The translations under genes and the position numbers were made by a program. A DNA stretch of 42,492 nucleotides, taken from assembly GCA_027604505.1 (NCBI GenBank), contig JADIIX010000166.1, forward strand, positions 1-42,492, in the 5' to 3' direction. Positions 8,871 through 19,913 of this stretch are shown here, in pieces. The notes under the pieces were generated by a model that was not told the DNA's origin, searched no databases, and saw only the letters and a list, made by a program, of their open reading frames with translations. Each line of letters starts with the position of its first letter. Positions within the stretch are counted from its first letter, which is position 1. The stretch is from Gonapodya sp. JEL0774 (taxonomy: Eukaryota).

Positions 8871-10522
8871 ATGGCTTCACCGGAAATAACCATTATCGGG
8901 GGAGGTATTGCGGGACTCACGCTCGCACTGGCGCTCAAGAGGAAAGCCGGACTTCACCCTCTTGTCTTTGAAGGTGCTCCTGGTTTCGGTAAGAGCTGAC
9001 CTGTAGATTTCGCTCATGCATTCGAGACTCATACCTTCGGCCAAAGATGACCATGCTGGGGGTGCGTTTGGCCTCTACCCCAACGGCTTGAAAGTATTGC
9101 GGGAAATCGGAGGGTGAGTATTCGGAACTTGTTTTAGTTCCTGAATTGCTTTAATTCCGTCCTTCTTTCCAAAAGACCCCAGCTTTTGAACAATGTACTC
9201 AGTGTCTCCCTTCCGTATCAGTTCCGTCGTTGGATGAAGCATGATGGACGGGAGATCGCCGTTGCCGAGGAATCGTATCTCGAACAGGAAGGGCTGCCCT
9301 CTGTAGGAATACGGCGATGGAGGCTGCAGAGGTGCCTTCTCGATGCGTGCTCGCGTGAAGGGATTTCCATTGCATTTGGCAAGCGGCTCGCCCACCTGAG
9401 GAATCCTGAAGGTGACTTGCAGGGCAAGGTGACAGTAGTTTTCGAGGACGGTTCGGAAGTCAAATCAAACTTCGTTTTTGGCTGTGATGTAAGCTTTCTG
9501 CCTCCTGGGAACCCCATAGTCCGAGAGTGTCTATGTTAATGGTGATTTTGGTGTGGATTCCCACTCACCCAGGGAGCAAAATCTCGCGTTCGTGATGCTC
9601 TTTTTGGACCCCTCGAGCCCATCTACAGCGGTATCACCTGTCTAATGGGTGTCGCCAACATTCCCCGCCCGAAGCGCGGCATTTGCTTCCCAACCGGTCC
9701 GAACAAACGCCATGGCGTCGTAAGTCCTCTTCACTCACGTGTTAGTTGACGATTGACTAAACACAATGCTGGTCGCATCCACTTAAAGTGGTACCCAGTT
9801 TCTGAAACTGAACAAATCTTCCAGATTTACACTCCGGCTCCATTAAATCCCGAATCATGGCGCCCTCTGACAGCAGAAGAGACGCAGATCCAAATGCGAG
9901 AGCTTGCCGCAACTCTCCGTCAGGAGGGTTGGGCTGAAGAGTTTGTGATGCCAGTTGAGGAGGGCAAGTGTGTGCTTCGCGTTGGGATCCGTGATCGGGA
10001 ACCAGTGGAGCGCTGGTATAAAGGGCGATGTGTGCTGCTTGGTGATGCAGGTGAGTTCATTACCTTTATTGCGAAAGGGTCAGAACCATCACCTAACGAA
10101 TTTTTTGTTGTATAGCTCACCCTGTACCACCATATCTCGGACAGGGTGCGATGATGGCTTTTGAGGACGTCGGCACATTTTCCCTCTGTCTGGAGCAGAA
10201 CTTGTCGGTTTTGTACCAAAGTGGCGACCTCACCAGGTTTCACGCCATCTGCGAGACATACCAGAAACATCGCTTTCCTCGAGCTCTCAACACTCTGCTC
10301 ACGTCCCGGGCTTTGGGGCGTATGCAGCTCACGCGCACCGATAGCTCCTTCACGTCAACTATGAAAGAGTTGGAGTTGTGGGCCACCGTCAAAATCTATG
10401 GAACTCTTCCAGGTCTCAAGCGAGGTAGCGCGTATGACTACAAGAAAGAAGTTGGTGCGGCAGAGGGCTGGAGCAGTGAAAGTGAGAGGAACGTAAAATC
10501 TCAAGTACAAGCGCGGTTGTAA
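8871..10522 (+). CDS. FAD-dependent monooxygenase (class A aromatic hydroxylase; salicylate hydroxylase/HpxO-like fold), ~6 exons
   Basis: MASPEITIIGGGIAGLTLALAL (GxGxxG), GGAFGLYPNGLKVL, VFGCD|GAKSRVR (DG motif) and GRCVLLGDA|AHPVPPYLGQGAMMAFED (GD motif). Stop TAA at 10520-10522. Confidence 0.9.
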
Positions 10523-10657
10523 AAATTGGTTGGGATGTAAACTGTGATCTGCATGTGCATATTGTATATCATCGTCATTTGTAACATCATTAATTTCAAT
10601 TGTGTCGTCCATCTTGTCTGCTTGGTGCGGCGTCCACCCAGCTCCAGCTGAGCTGGG

Positions 10658-12799
10658 ATGGTACCCAAAGAAGGTGCATATACTCAAATCTTGAGCACCT
10701 CGACTGAGCCGATGCAGATTCGCTGCGAATGGGATGGATGTGGAGAAAATGTTTTACGAGACGGTGCAGTCTCCCATCTCGTTGACCATGTCAGGAATGG
10801 GAATGCCTGGATGGGTTTTGACCCCAAGGACTCCGTCGACTTCGCAGACGGATGGCTCCTCCAAATCCCCAGCGAAAAGTCCAAGCACACTATTGAGGAG
10901 TCACAAAGTCGAAAGAGGGCGCCTGCCGAGCAAGAGCAAAATACTCGGAGTGAACCGGCTCTGAAACGAGTCAGAACGGACCAAGCCCTCACTTCCCCCG
11001 AGATTCACTTTCACTTTCATCATCACCATCACCATCATTTCCTGTCAAAGCCTGGGGAGCTGCTACATCATCACACTGGACACTCACACCGACACGGCCC
11101 GACCGATGAACGCGCTGCCGGCGAGACGATTTCGCTCGAAGAAAACTCCACCCCGCACCAGGAAGATGTGGCAAATTTTGAGTTTACTCCATTTCAGGAC
11201 GATTCGGAGCGCCTGGAGGAGCCGGACCCCATTTATTGTCCAATACGGTGAATTGTGTGGTGTTATCGTAATCGAAATTGTTGCTGGCTCACCGTTGTTC
11301 TGTATTGGACTTCCAAAGCTGTTGTCCTTGCTCGCCAATTCCACCGTTTCATTGTACGATCGCAGAGGCGCCCGCTTCACAATATTGCGTCGGCGTATCA
11401 AGCTCCGAATCTGACCTTTGGATTGAAGAGTGGACACATTTAGGAGAGTGCGACGACTGCACCGGGTGTCGCAATCTATCCAGCAACGACGCCGAACTAG
11501 GCAGAAACGTCGAGAACATGCAGGCATTGAAGTTGTTGGATCCTAATCTGGCACGGCAATGCGACACTAAGAGTTCAATGTGCAATGACCTTCCCTCAGA
11601 ACGATCTGGGACGGCTTGTGAAAGCTTGGGAACAAGTAGTCCACTCTCGGGAAGCCCGCATTCCACTCCGTCCTTCGAATCCTCCACACCATTCTGCGTC
11701 AATTCGACTTTAACCAATCCAGCTTCTCCCCTCTCTTGTCACTGGTCATCATGTGACTTTAGCAACCCGACTTTTACAGATCTCCTTCAACACGTCATGC
11801 TTGCGCACCTCGGCAACCTGTCATCAGGCCCTGTTGACACTTTGATGGAACCGAAACAGCGGGATAGTGACGGGACGTTTAGTTGTCACTGGAAAGGTTG
11901 TGATATGGCGTTTCCTTCGGTTACAGGACTCACCTCACATGTATCCGAGGAGCACATTGGATGGGGGAAGAGCGAGTATGTGTGCGAATGGCAAGGGTGC
12001 AAACGCGAGAAAGGTTTCATGCAGAGACAGAAAATAATGAGACACTTGCTGGCTCGTGAGTTGAGCGTGCGGGTTGAGAGATTGATTGCTTCGAGTTTTG
12101 CCTTTTGCTCATGAATTGCACTTCAGATACCGGTGACCGCCCATTCATATGCTCAGAGTGCGGGTTAGGATTTTCTGATCATTCCTCGCTCGTTCAGCAT
12201 TCGCGAACGCACTCAGGCGAGTCCACAAGATGCACTCTGTCCAGCAACTTCACTCATTCAACGAAATCGCTCTTCTTTACTTTTTCAGGGATTCGTCCGT
12301 ATCCTTGCACAGCCTGTTCTGCCTCCTTTCCCACTGCCGGTGCGTTAGCAACGCACATGCGAACGCACACGGGGGACAAACCATTTGTGTGCCGCGATTG
12401 CGGCAAAGGTTTCGCAGATCGGAGCAACTTAAGGAAGCATGCAAGTAGCAAATGGGCATGGTTTTTGCGTTGCTGACGTCGCAACCTGATCAGTTACATT
12501 TCCACGCATAGGAGAAAACGCACACTGACGATCGACCATTTGCTTGCTCCTATACGGATTGTGGTCGTCGATTTTCACGCCTTGAACAACTTAGAAGACA
12601 TGAAAAGTGAGCGAAGGTTTCTGTTTTCTAGGGGTGTTTCGAAACTGATGGAGGAACCACATGACACAGAACCCATATACCGACCCCACCACACATATGC
12701 CCCTTCCCGTCATGCGGGCGAACGTTTAAAACTGAGGGTGCACTTTCAAATCATGTGAAGGTACACAGGAACGATCCATGTAAAAACACGTATATTTAA
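10658..12799 (+). CDS. ZAP1: Zap1/ZafA-like zinc-responsive C2H2 transcription factor, multi-exon
   Basis: N-terminal CEWDGC finger, a His-rich tract (HFHFHHHHHHHF) and a Cys-rich region. These are followed by CHWSSC...H, CHWKGC...HVSEEHIGWGKSEYVCEWQGCKREKGFMQRQKIMRH and further fingers with HTGD(R/K)PF linkers. Stop TAA at 12797-12799. The start could be 10658 or 10712. Confidence 0.8.
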
Positions 12800-12928
12800 A
12801 TTTTAATTTATCTGAATTTTGGGAAGTTGGTGGCCCGAACCACTCGGCTCCTTCTGCAACTTCTCGATCCGATTCTCTTAACTCTTTTTTCGCTTCGTAC
12901 ATTCTCGCACTCCTTCCTAAACCAACTG

Positions 12929-13665
12929 ATGGCGGGTGGTCAGTCGCCCATTACATGTCATATTCTTGACACGATGCAAGGCAAAGCTGCCGATGGAGTA
13001 GTCGTGATACTAGAGGTTGCAGAGGATCAATCGGCATGGAAGCAAGTTGGCAGAAGGTGAGCGATCGCATGCTGAGCTGGGATGCATTGCTCGATCTTGC
13101 GTGTATGTGAGTACAGATCAAAATTCAGGACAGCAGGAATTGTGCGAAGCAGACTCTGCTTGAATCTCTAGGAGGCCGAGAATCCTTTGTCGCTAAGTTT
13201 TTCCTCTGAATCTACTCTTTAGCGCTAGGGCCGGGCGGCATGCGTGGGCGAAGGGGAACTTTTGTTGGGCCCAATGGACCGGTGTGGGGTTGTAATTTCC
13301 CCTACACCAATTGACTTGCTTTCTTAACACTATCAGCATCACAAACTCGGATGGACGCGTGAACGATCTCCTCGCTAGCGATTTGCCCGTTGCGGCGGGG
13401 GTATACCGGCTCACGTTTGAAACCAAACCCTACTTCACAAGGGCAGGACTCAAGACATTCTTTCCGTTTGTGCAGGTGAATCTCGCTATTGCAATCGCAA
13501 ATGTGACTTCCTGCATTTCTTGAAGCATGTGCTCGGTTTTCTGTGGAATAAATGGATCAATGCACTGCCTAGGTGACATTCGAAGTACCTGAACCACCTC
13601 AATCGCACTATCACGTGCCGTTGTTGCTCAGTCCCTTTGCGTATTCTACATATCGAGGAACGTGA
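12929..13665 (+). CDS. URAH: 5-hydroxyisourate hydrolase (transthyretin-like protein), 3 exons
   Basis: SPITCHILDT..GKAADGV, TNSDGRV, GVYRLTFET..YF, FFPFV and HYHVPLLLSPFAYSTYRGT*, which carry the TLP signature (the usual terminus is YRGS). Confidence 0.95.
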
Positions 13666-13680
13666 TTACATAATATAATT

Positions 13681-14239
13681 TGGCTTCTCACTCCCACTCA
13701 TTTGTGCCGTCTTGCCAACTGGAACTACAAGAATGGGAATTGCATTAGGAGACGCTGAAAATCAAGGTGCACAAGTTGAGCTAACCCCACTAATCAGGAC
13801 ATTTCTGTTTGTTCTTCTGTGGTCTGGTGTGATATCATCATAACCTGGACAATCTGGATTCTCTCCTTGCAACATTTTTGTTTGGTCAGGTGAGCATGAA
13901 CCCATTGGCCACTTGGTGAGTGTTAAACCAAATGTGATGTGAGCAAGGAGAGCCAGACGTGTGAGCGGATCACATTAGTGCTGCAAGAAGGAGTCCAATG
14001 CAACAATTGTTTTGTATTGGACTCTGACTCTGAAAGTGTCCCCTTCATCATACAAGTTCATCTGTGTTTTCCCCCAGGGCTACATGGTATTCACGGAGTC
14101 GCCTGGTTTCTCATTTGGAGGGGCATCGAACTTGGGCGATGAGAGAAGAATCTGAGGACCATTAAATAATATATATATATAAGCAAGGATATATTACACT
14201 TTGTCATACAAATTTTCTAAGAAGCCTCCTTAGCTCATC

Positions 14240-14270
<31 letters not shown>

Positions 14271-14720
14271 ATCGTGTTCGATCCACGAAGGGGGCATATA
14301 TTTTGAACTCGCGATATTTGGTTTTGCTTTTTCTCGCACCCCAAATAAATTTTTGGGGGTCGTTTCGTACAGAGAAAAACTGTGTTGTGTGCTTTTGCAC
14401 GCATATGCCAACCGGGAGCACTGTCCCCACCACAAAGGACAACGTCGAAACAGTGCTCACATTTCCGTTTCCACTGCGACAGTGATAATCCCCCTCTTCC
14501 CCGAATGTTTAGATGACTTAACCTATACTATTTTGGACAATCATGTAGGTTTGTTGTTTACAATCTCATCATGACCTTGAAACTGATGGCCATTTATTAT
14601 GGGCACAACAACGGACACTGGTTTGTCCATCAGAACAACATCAGTGTCCTCAGCTTGTGAAACTTGATCGCTTCCACGCTCCCAAACAAGCATGAGAAAA
14701 TCGGTACGTGCTTCAAGGGC
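13681..14720 (+). repeat. Copy C (probable source copy) of the tRNA-Phe segmental repeat
   Basis: It spans from just after the HIU hydrolase stop into the intact last exon of the ureidoglycolate lyase. It aligns with copies A and B. Confidence 0.95.
14224..14296 (+). tRNA. tRNA-Phe(GAA), intronless, copy 3
   Basis: Identical 73-nt cloverleaf, followed by TATATTTT. Confidence 0.95.
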
Positions 14721-15572
14721 AATCATAGGAGCCTTTCCGACGAGGCGCGATATCATAAGTATACAAGCAGATACTTTGGGCGGAGACACTCACGTGCCAG
14801 CAGCCGGCAGAGTAATTGACACCTGTTCAATAGAGTTTCCGGGATGCGCGCAATATTACAGCGTCAGCAGACAAAACAATTGATCCTTTCTCTTTTGTGC
14901 TGCACTTTCACCTTGATGCATGGAGGCCACAAATGCTGTAAGAGTGCTCCAATCTGGGCCATCTGTGGAAGGATCATTAAGGGCTACAATCACCAAGTAT
15001 CCTTGTGAGCTGCTCTGCGTGTCTTCTCGGTGTATGGGCATGAAGAACTGCGTTGAATACTGATGTCTCTCGATAATTTTCATTTGAAACGGTAGGACAG
15101 GTGTCGGGGCGATGGAGAAAATGGTGAGATTCGGACGAGCAGGCGGACTAAGAAGCTCAGATTCAAGAGTCGAAGGGTGAGGAGAAAGCAGAGGGTTGGG
15201 CACAGTATCGGAGGGAGATGACGGCGCAAAATCTTTGGTTCTGGTGGAGTAAAGATTGGCCATCCAGTTGAATCCTGAGAGGATGATGTTTGCGGAACAT
15301 ATTCTTCTTTCATTTCGTGACTCCTCAACATACTTCTGGCGGTTCCCATGTTCGCAGTAGTCAGACTTCCCTGGCCCTAGCAGAATCCAATGGCGAAGTT
15401 GTATGTTATCACTCTTTGCTGGGCAGGGGGCTCGAAGGGATGTGATGCAAGACTTCTTGACACGAACCTCCTCCAACACCTCTCCGAATGGCTTAAATTT
15501 CTCCGCCGTGAGAATGTCGCATTCGAGAGAGCTGAGCTGAAAAGGGACTTCCCCACGCTTCCTCGTAGACAT
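14541..15572 (-). CDS. DAL3: Ureidoglycolate lyase (DAL3/AllA family), multi-exon
   Basis: LTAEKFKPFGEV, ANMGTAR, IERHQYSTQFFMPI, YLVIVA, AFVASMHQ|GVNYSAGCWH|APMIAL. Confidence 0.9.
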
Positions 15573-15659
15573 CTTTGCCTTTTGGGTTGGTGATTTCTGC
15601 GTTGGTTGATTTTGTCTGGTCAGTGTCCACTTGTCAGTGATGCAAGCCTGTATCACCAT

Positions 15660-18204
15660 CTACAAGCCTAAATCTTTAACAATATTTACTATATCAGGTC
15701 CCAGCCAATTGGCGCTTTGCATTTCCGTGAGCCTGCTCATTGCCCTGGAAAATGCGAACACCTCCTCATCGTTCACAACCATGGTACCGGTGGTTTTGGC
15801 TGCGGGGCGGGAATCAAGGACATTCTCTTGAAAAGGAACCGAAGGGAGGAGCTTATCAGAGAGGGGAAGCGCGGCGGAGGAATTAGAAGAAGTATCAGGG
15901 TTCGATGGTGGGGTGCCCGTTTTGCTTGGTGGTATTTTCGTACTATGGGAACCATAGTCGAGAGAGAATAATCGGGATATCGGAGCCTCGGCTGAAGATA
16001 TCAACTTGACCTTGAGGCCATGATGGAATCAACCTCGGGGCTACCCGAGAAGACGGTTGCGATAATGATCCTCTCACCTTGTTGTCATAGAACGCGTCAA
16101 GCATGTTAATCAATCTACGCGCTTCATTGCGTTGATTTACCCCCATCTTTGGGATATCGTCCAACAACACAACGCTGTACCGACGTGCGATCTCCAAGTA
16201 ATCAGCCGCAGCGCGAGCCTTACGGACGGACAAAACCACAGGAATGTGGAACGAAAGTGAAGTATAGGAAATAGTAGGCGTTTGATGAGTAACTTACCTC
16301 ACCGCACAGCTCCCTAAACGTGAATCTCGCGTACTGACCCGCCGCCCTTGGAATCAGAACTTTACGTCCCCATACGTCCAAGTAATCAGGCCCATCTTTG
16401 AGGTCGCCTACGAGTCGAGACCAGATGAGGTCCATGGCGACTTTGGTTTCCGGAGTATTGGGACTGTTTCGGTAAGATCAGACAGTGATATCAAGTCGGT
16501 TTCAGCAACCAACTTACGTACGTGAAATAAACCTTGAAGTACTTCTTTTCTATTCCAAAATGTAACGATGGTCGATGATGGTTGAGTGCAGCGAGCGCCA
16601 CACGACATTCAGCCTCAATAACCCACTGGTTTTCCGGTAATCGGTTCCGGTATCAAGCGGTACGACTTGGCATCGCTCCTTAAGCAATTCGATACAAGGC
16701 ACAAACGACTTGCGCTGGATTCCGTTTTTATACAAGTCTGTCGGGCAATTTACAAAAGTCGCCTTGGGTACTCACAAAAGAGAACGACTGGACATAACAG
16801 CTCACCATCCGGATGTCGATTCGACGTTGCGACCAAGACGACACCTCGTTCAAAAAGCTCTTCGAAGAGACGCCGTAGGATCATCGCGTCTGATCAGGGC
16901 ACAAGTCAAGAAAATCCTTGGTCAGTATCCCCCGAATTACATGTTCCCACTGGAAAATAACTTTTCCGTACCATTCTTCGAAACCCACCGGCAATGTCTG
17001 TCACCTGCATCTCGTCAAAACACAACAACCACGCCTCATTCGCAAGCTCTCTTGCCACCTCTGGCACAGCATCGTAGCTGGTACCCTTATGTAGCTTTGC
17101 CTTGTGCATCTTTTTGTGAACGTCTACCATGAATGCATGAAAGTGCGCCCGTCTCTTTCTGGTCGTTGGGTGGGTGTTGTAAAAGAGGTCCATGAGGGTC
17201 GTTTTACCGGTTCCGACGGAACCATACATGTACATTCCGCGTGGGACATCGGTATCATCATCGGTCGCAACGGATGGGACGGATTTCGACGATGGTGTGT
17301 TTGATGAGCTGAAGAGTGACACGAGCTAGGACGGAGATATGGCATGCAAATTCGATCAGTTTGTCCCCATTTACAATCATCTCATGCAGAAAAAATTGGA
17401 GCAATGGGTAATAATGTGTACAGTTCGCGAATGAACTCTGAACTGGAACACATTGTTGCTGACGCTTGCGAGCACTCCCTCTTAGTATTTCAAATGAGAG
17501 CTTGTTGCGCTTCCAGCAATGGCTCCGAAGTCAGGGGTACCAGGGTACTCACTCGTCCGAACAGAAAGTTTCCGCCAGACCCTTCGCTCCTCGAAGAGTC
17601 TCCGGTATCAAGCGGCGGTTCGTAATTCACTAAGTCCTCGTGAAGTTCTTGAAGGACTGAAATGAGTTCCCGCTGATGCTCATCGAGACGAAAAGTACCC
17701 GCCGCAACTAGTGAGTCATACAGAGGGAGAGGACCTGTGCCATTTGATTAAGAGGGGAAAAGGTTGAGGAGCCCAAAACGCACCCCATGATAGCATAAAC
17801 AATCACCAGAAAGACTGAGGTTGTCTCGATTCTACTACTTATGTTGACTCACCAGTTGCTTCGTTCCGAACGCTCACTTGCGGCTCTAGTTCCAATGCCT
17901 GTTGGAGTCGGATGGCATTTATCGAAAACCTTCGATCTTGAAATACCCCTTTGCGTCGAGAACGGCCAGTGAATTGTGACGATTGGATCGTGGACGGGGT
18001 GGTGCAATACATCGTTTTGCTTCCGAAAGAGATGGGTTTGGCTTCCAGCAATGTTGCCGGTGCTAGAAGACAGCGATAGGAAAGTTGATTCTTCATACTG
18101 GACGCAAGAACAGCGGTCGAGGACGACACGGGACGATTGTGGAGAACCTCCACATTAAGCGACCGTATACTCTTTGAGAAAGCTCTGATGCCCCTGGATT
18201 CCAT
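15660..18204 (-). CDS. AFG1: AFG1/LACE1/ZapE-family mitochondrial AAA+ ATPase, multi-exon
   Basis: [22 protein letters not shown] (Walker A), [21 protein letters not shown] (Walker B), [49 protein letters not shown] and [17 protein letters not shown]. The basic N-terminus resembles a presequence; the start is uncertain. Confidence 0.93.
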
Positions 18205-18389
18205 GAGATGAACACAGTTATTTTGTCTCCTGCGCGTCCAAAAGAGACAGATAGGTCTGTGTCAGGCCGTGTTTCCGTCTGATCAAATGATTGCAATCTT
18301 TGTTATTGAGGGGAGCAAGGCCAAAGCAATCATTCTGATCATCATTTCTCTGCCAACTGACTTACTTTACCGGCACCGCGTCTTCAGAC

Positions 18390-19833
18390 ATGCTCCGAAC
18401 AGCAGTTCCAAAAAAGCCGCATGCAGCTTCCAACGCTCAACTTCCAACTACAGCGCAGCAATCTCCTGCCAGGGGAGGGTCGCCGTCCGCTCGACAGCAA
18501 CCGCTGCCAACGGAATTTCCGAGTGAGCCACAAGGGGGGGCTGCACAGGTCTCAGAGAAGCGTGTTAGCCTCTTGGATGCCATCAAGGAGGGACTTTCTA
18601 AGCAGGGAAAGGTCCGGTTCTCCGAATGCTCTTCAAGGAATCCTCAGCGCGAATCCGGACATGTTCCCTTTTCTCATTTCAGACGTCACTTCTGTACAGA
18701 GTTCTTATTTGTGGAGAACTTGGAAAGGAATTACACGACAAAGGGGATTTAGGGAGTGAGAGGTCTTTGGCTTTTGGAGACAGGATTCCAGGAGTGTTGA
18801 ACCTTTTGCGCAGCATACTACCAGAACCTTTTCAAGCTTCACCAGACAGAAAGCGATCTCGTCACCGGCATCCTACTTGTGCTAGGGTCTACGTTTCTAC
18901 ATTACATCGAGGCCCCCCAGAAAACAACACTCGCCACCCTTCGCGAGATTCTTGTTCCACCGAGCGTCATACCGGTCACGAACGCAGAACCTGTCAGTAC
19001 TGCTACCGAGCAGCCTTCAGAAGAGACCGATAGTGTAAAGTAAGCAATGTCCAATGGGAACTTAACAGTATTGCTCACTGCTCATGTCAACCCACACAAA
19101 CAGGCCAGATACTCCCCATGCGGCAGACCCTCATGCTCCAGCACTTCCAAGTCTCGCATCAATTTCTTCACTTATGCGCAACGTGCAAGTCATTCACATT
19201 GACGAAGATTCGTCCTTCCGGGCCTTTCCCTTCTGGGCAAGCAGAGTCATCGACACAGGTGATTCCCCTGGAGGAACAATTGTGATTCCCCCCGATGTCT
19301 TGGCTCAAGTGCAGATGGATGGAGATGCGTTAACAAGAACTGTGAGCAAAGATGAAATACCGCTTTTGCGAGCAGGCTTGTGCACCAACAAATTGCTCCA
19401 AACGCAAGAGCACGCAATTAACCCTCAATATCGTTGAGCTGGGAAAATGGCTTTCCAAAATCCCAAAGGTAACAAAAAGAAAAGATCGTCAAATGAAATG
19501 AGGAGTATTCGGCTTTCAACCACTTGAATCACCCGTGCTCAGAGTGACATGAAGATCACACTTGACTCCCTTGCACAAAAATTTCCTCAACTTCTTCCAA
19601 GTAATGAATTGCTTCTAGCGCTATCGCGAAGTGAGGATGTCGTTAGCTTAGCGGAATGGGCAGATATGCTTGGTTCACGTGGTACTGGGACGCGAAGCAG
19701 TGGAGCACAGCGAGGCAGCGGAATGGCGTTGGAAGAAGGTGAGACAAGCCCTTTTGTGTGATCTTGAAACCAACGCCCTAAATCGTTGCAAGCAGATCTG
19801 GTGTGGCCCGCTCCTCGGCTTACATTCTTTTAA
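18390..19833 (+). CDS. TEX47/DYBLUP(MOT7)-like BLUF-domain-related protein, multi-exon
   Basis: The spliced product includes SLLD, LLYRVLICG, VTGILLVLGSTFLHYIEAP, VQVIHIDEDSSFRAFPFW, PQLLPSNELL and a C-terminal EE|DLVWPAP, which recall the TEX47 family pattern. Recognised from memory, not from a search. Confidence 0.65.
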
Positions 19834-19913
19834 ATCTAGGCCAATTTGAAAGTAGTAGAGTTATGGTAAATGCTGAGAAAGGACACACAGAATATTTTCG
19901 TGCATAATTCTCG

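Noticed and set aside
13140..13185. Minus-strand resemblance to the U2 snRNA 5' end (TTCTCGGCCT...GATTCAAG)
   Set aside because: The essential GTAGTA branch-pairing sequence and stem I are absent, so this is probably chance.
3931..14720. The tRNA-containing repeat as a SINE or as LTRs/TIRs of one transposon
   Set aside because: The tRNA is internal and intact with shared upstream flank. There is no poly(A) tail, TG..CA ends or TSD, and the copies have unequal endpoints.
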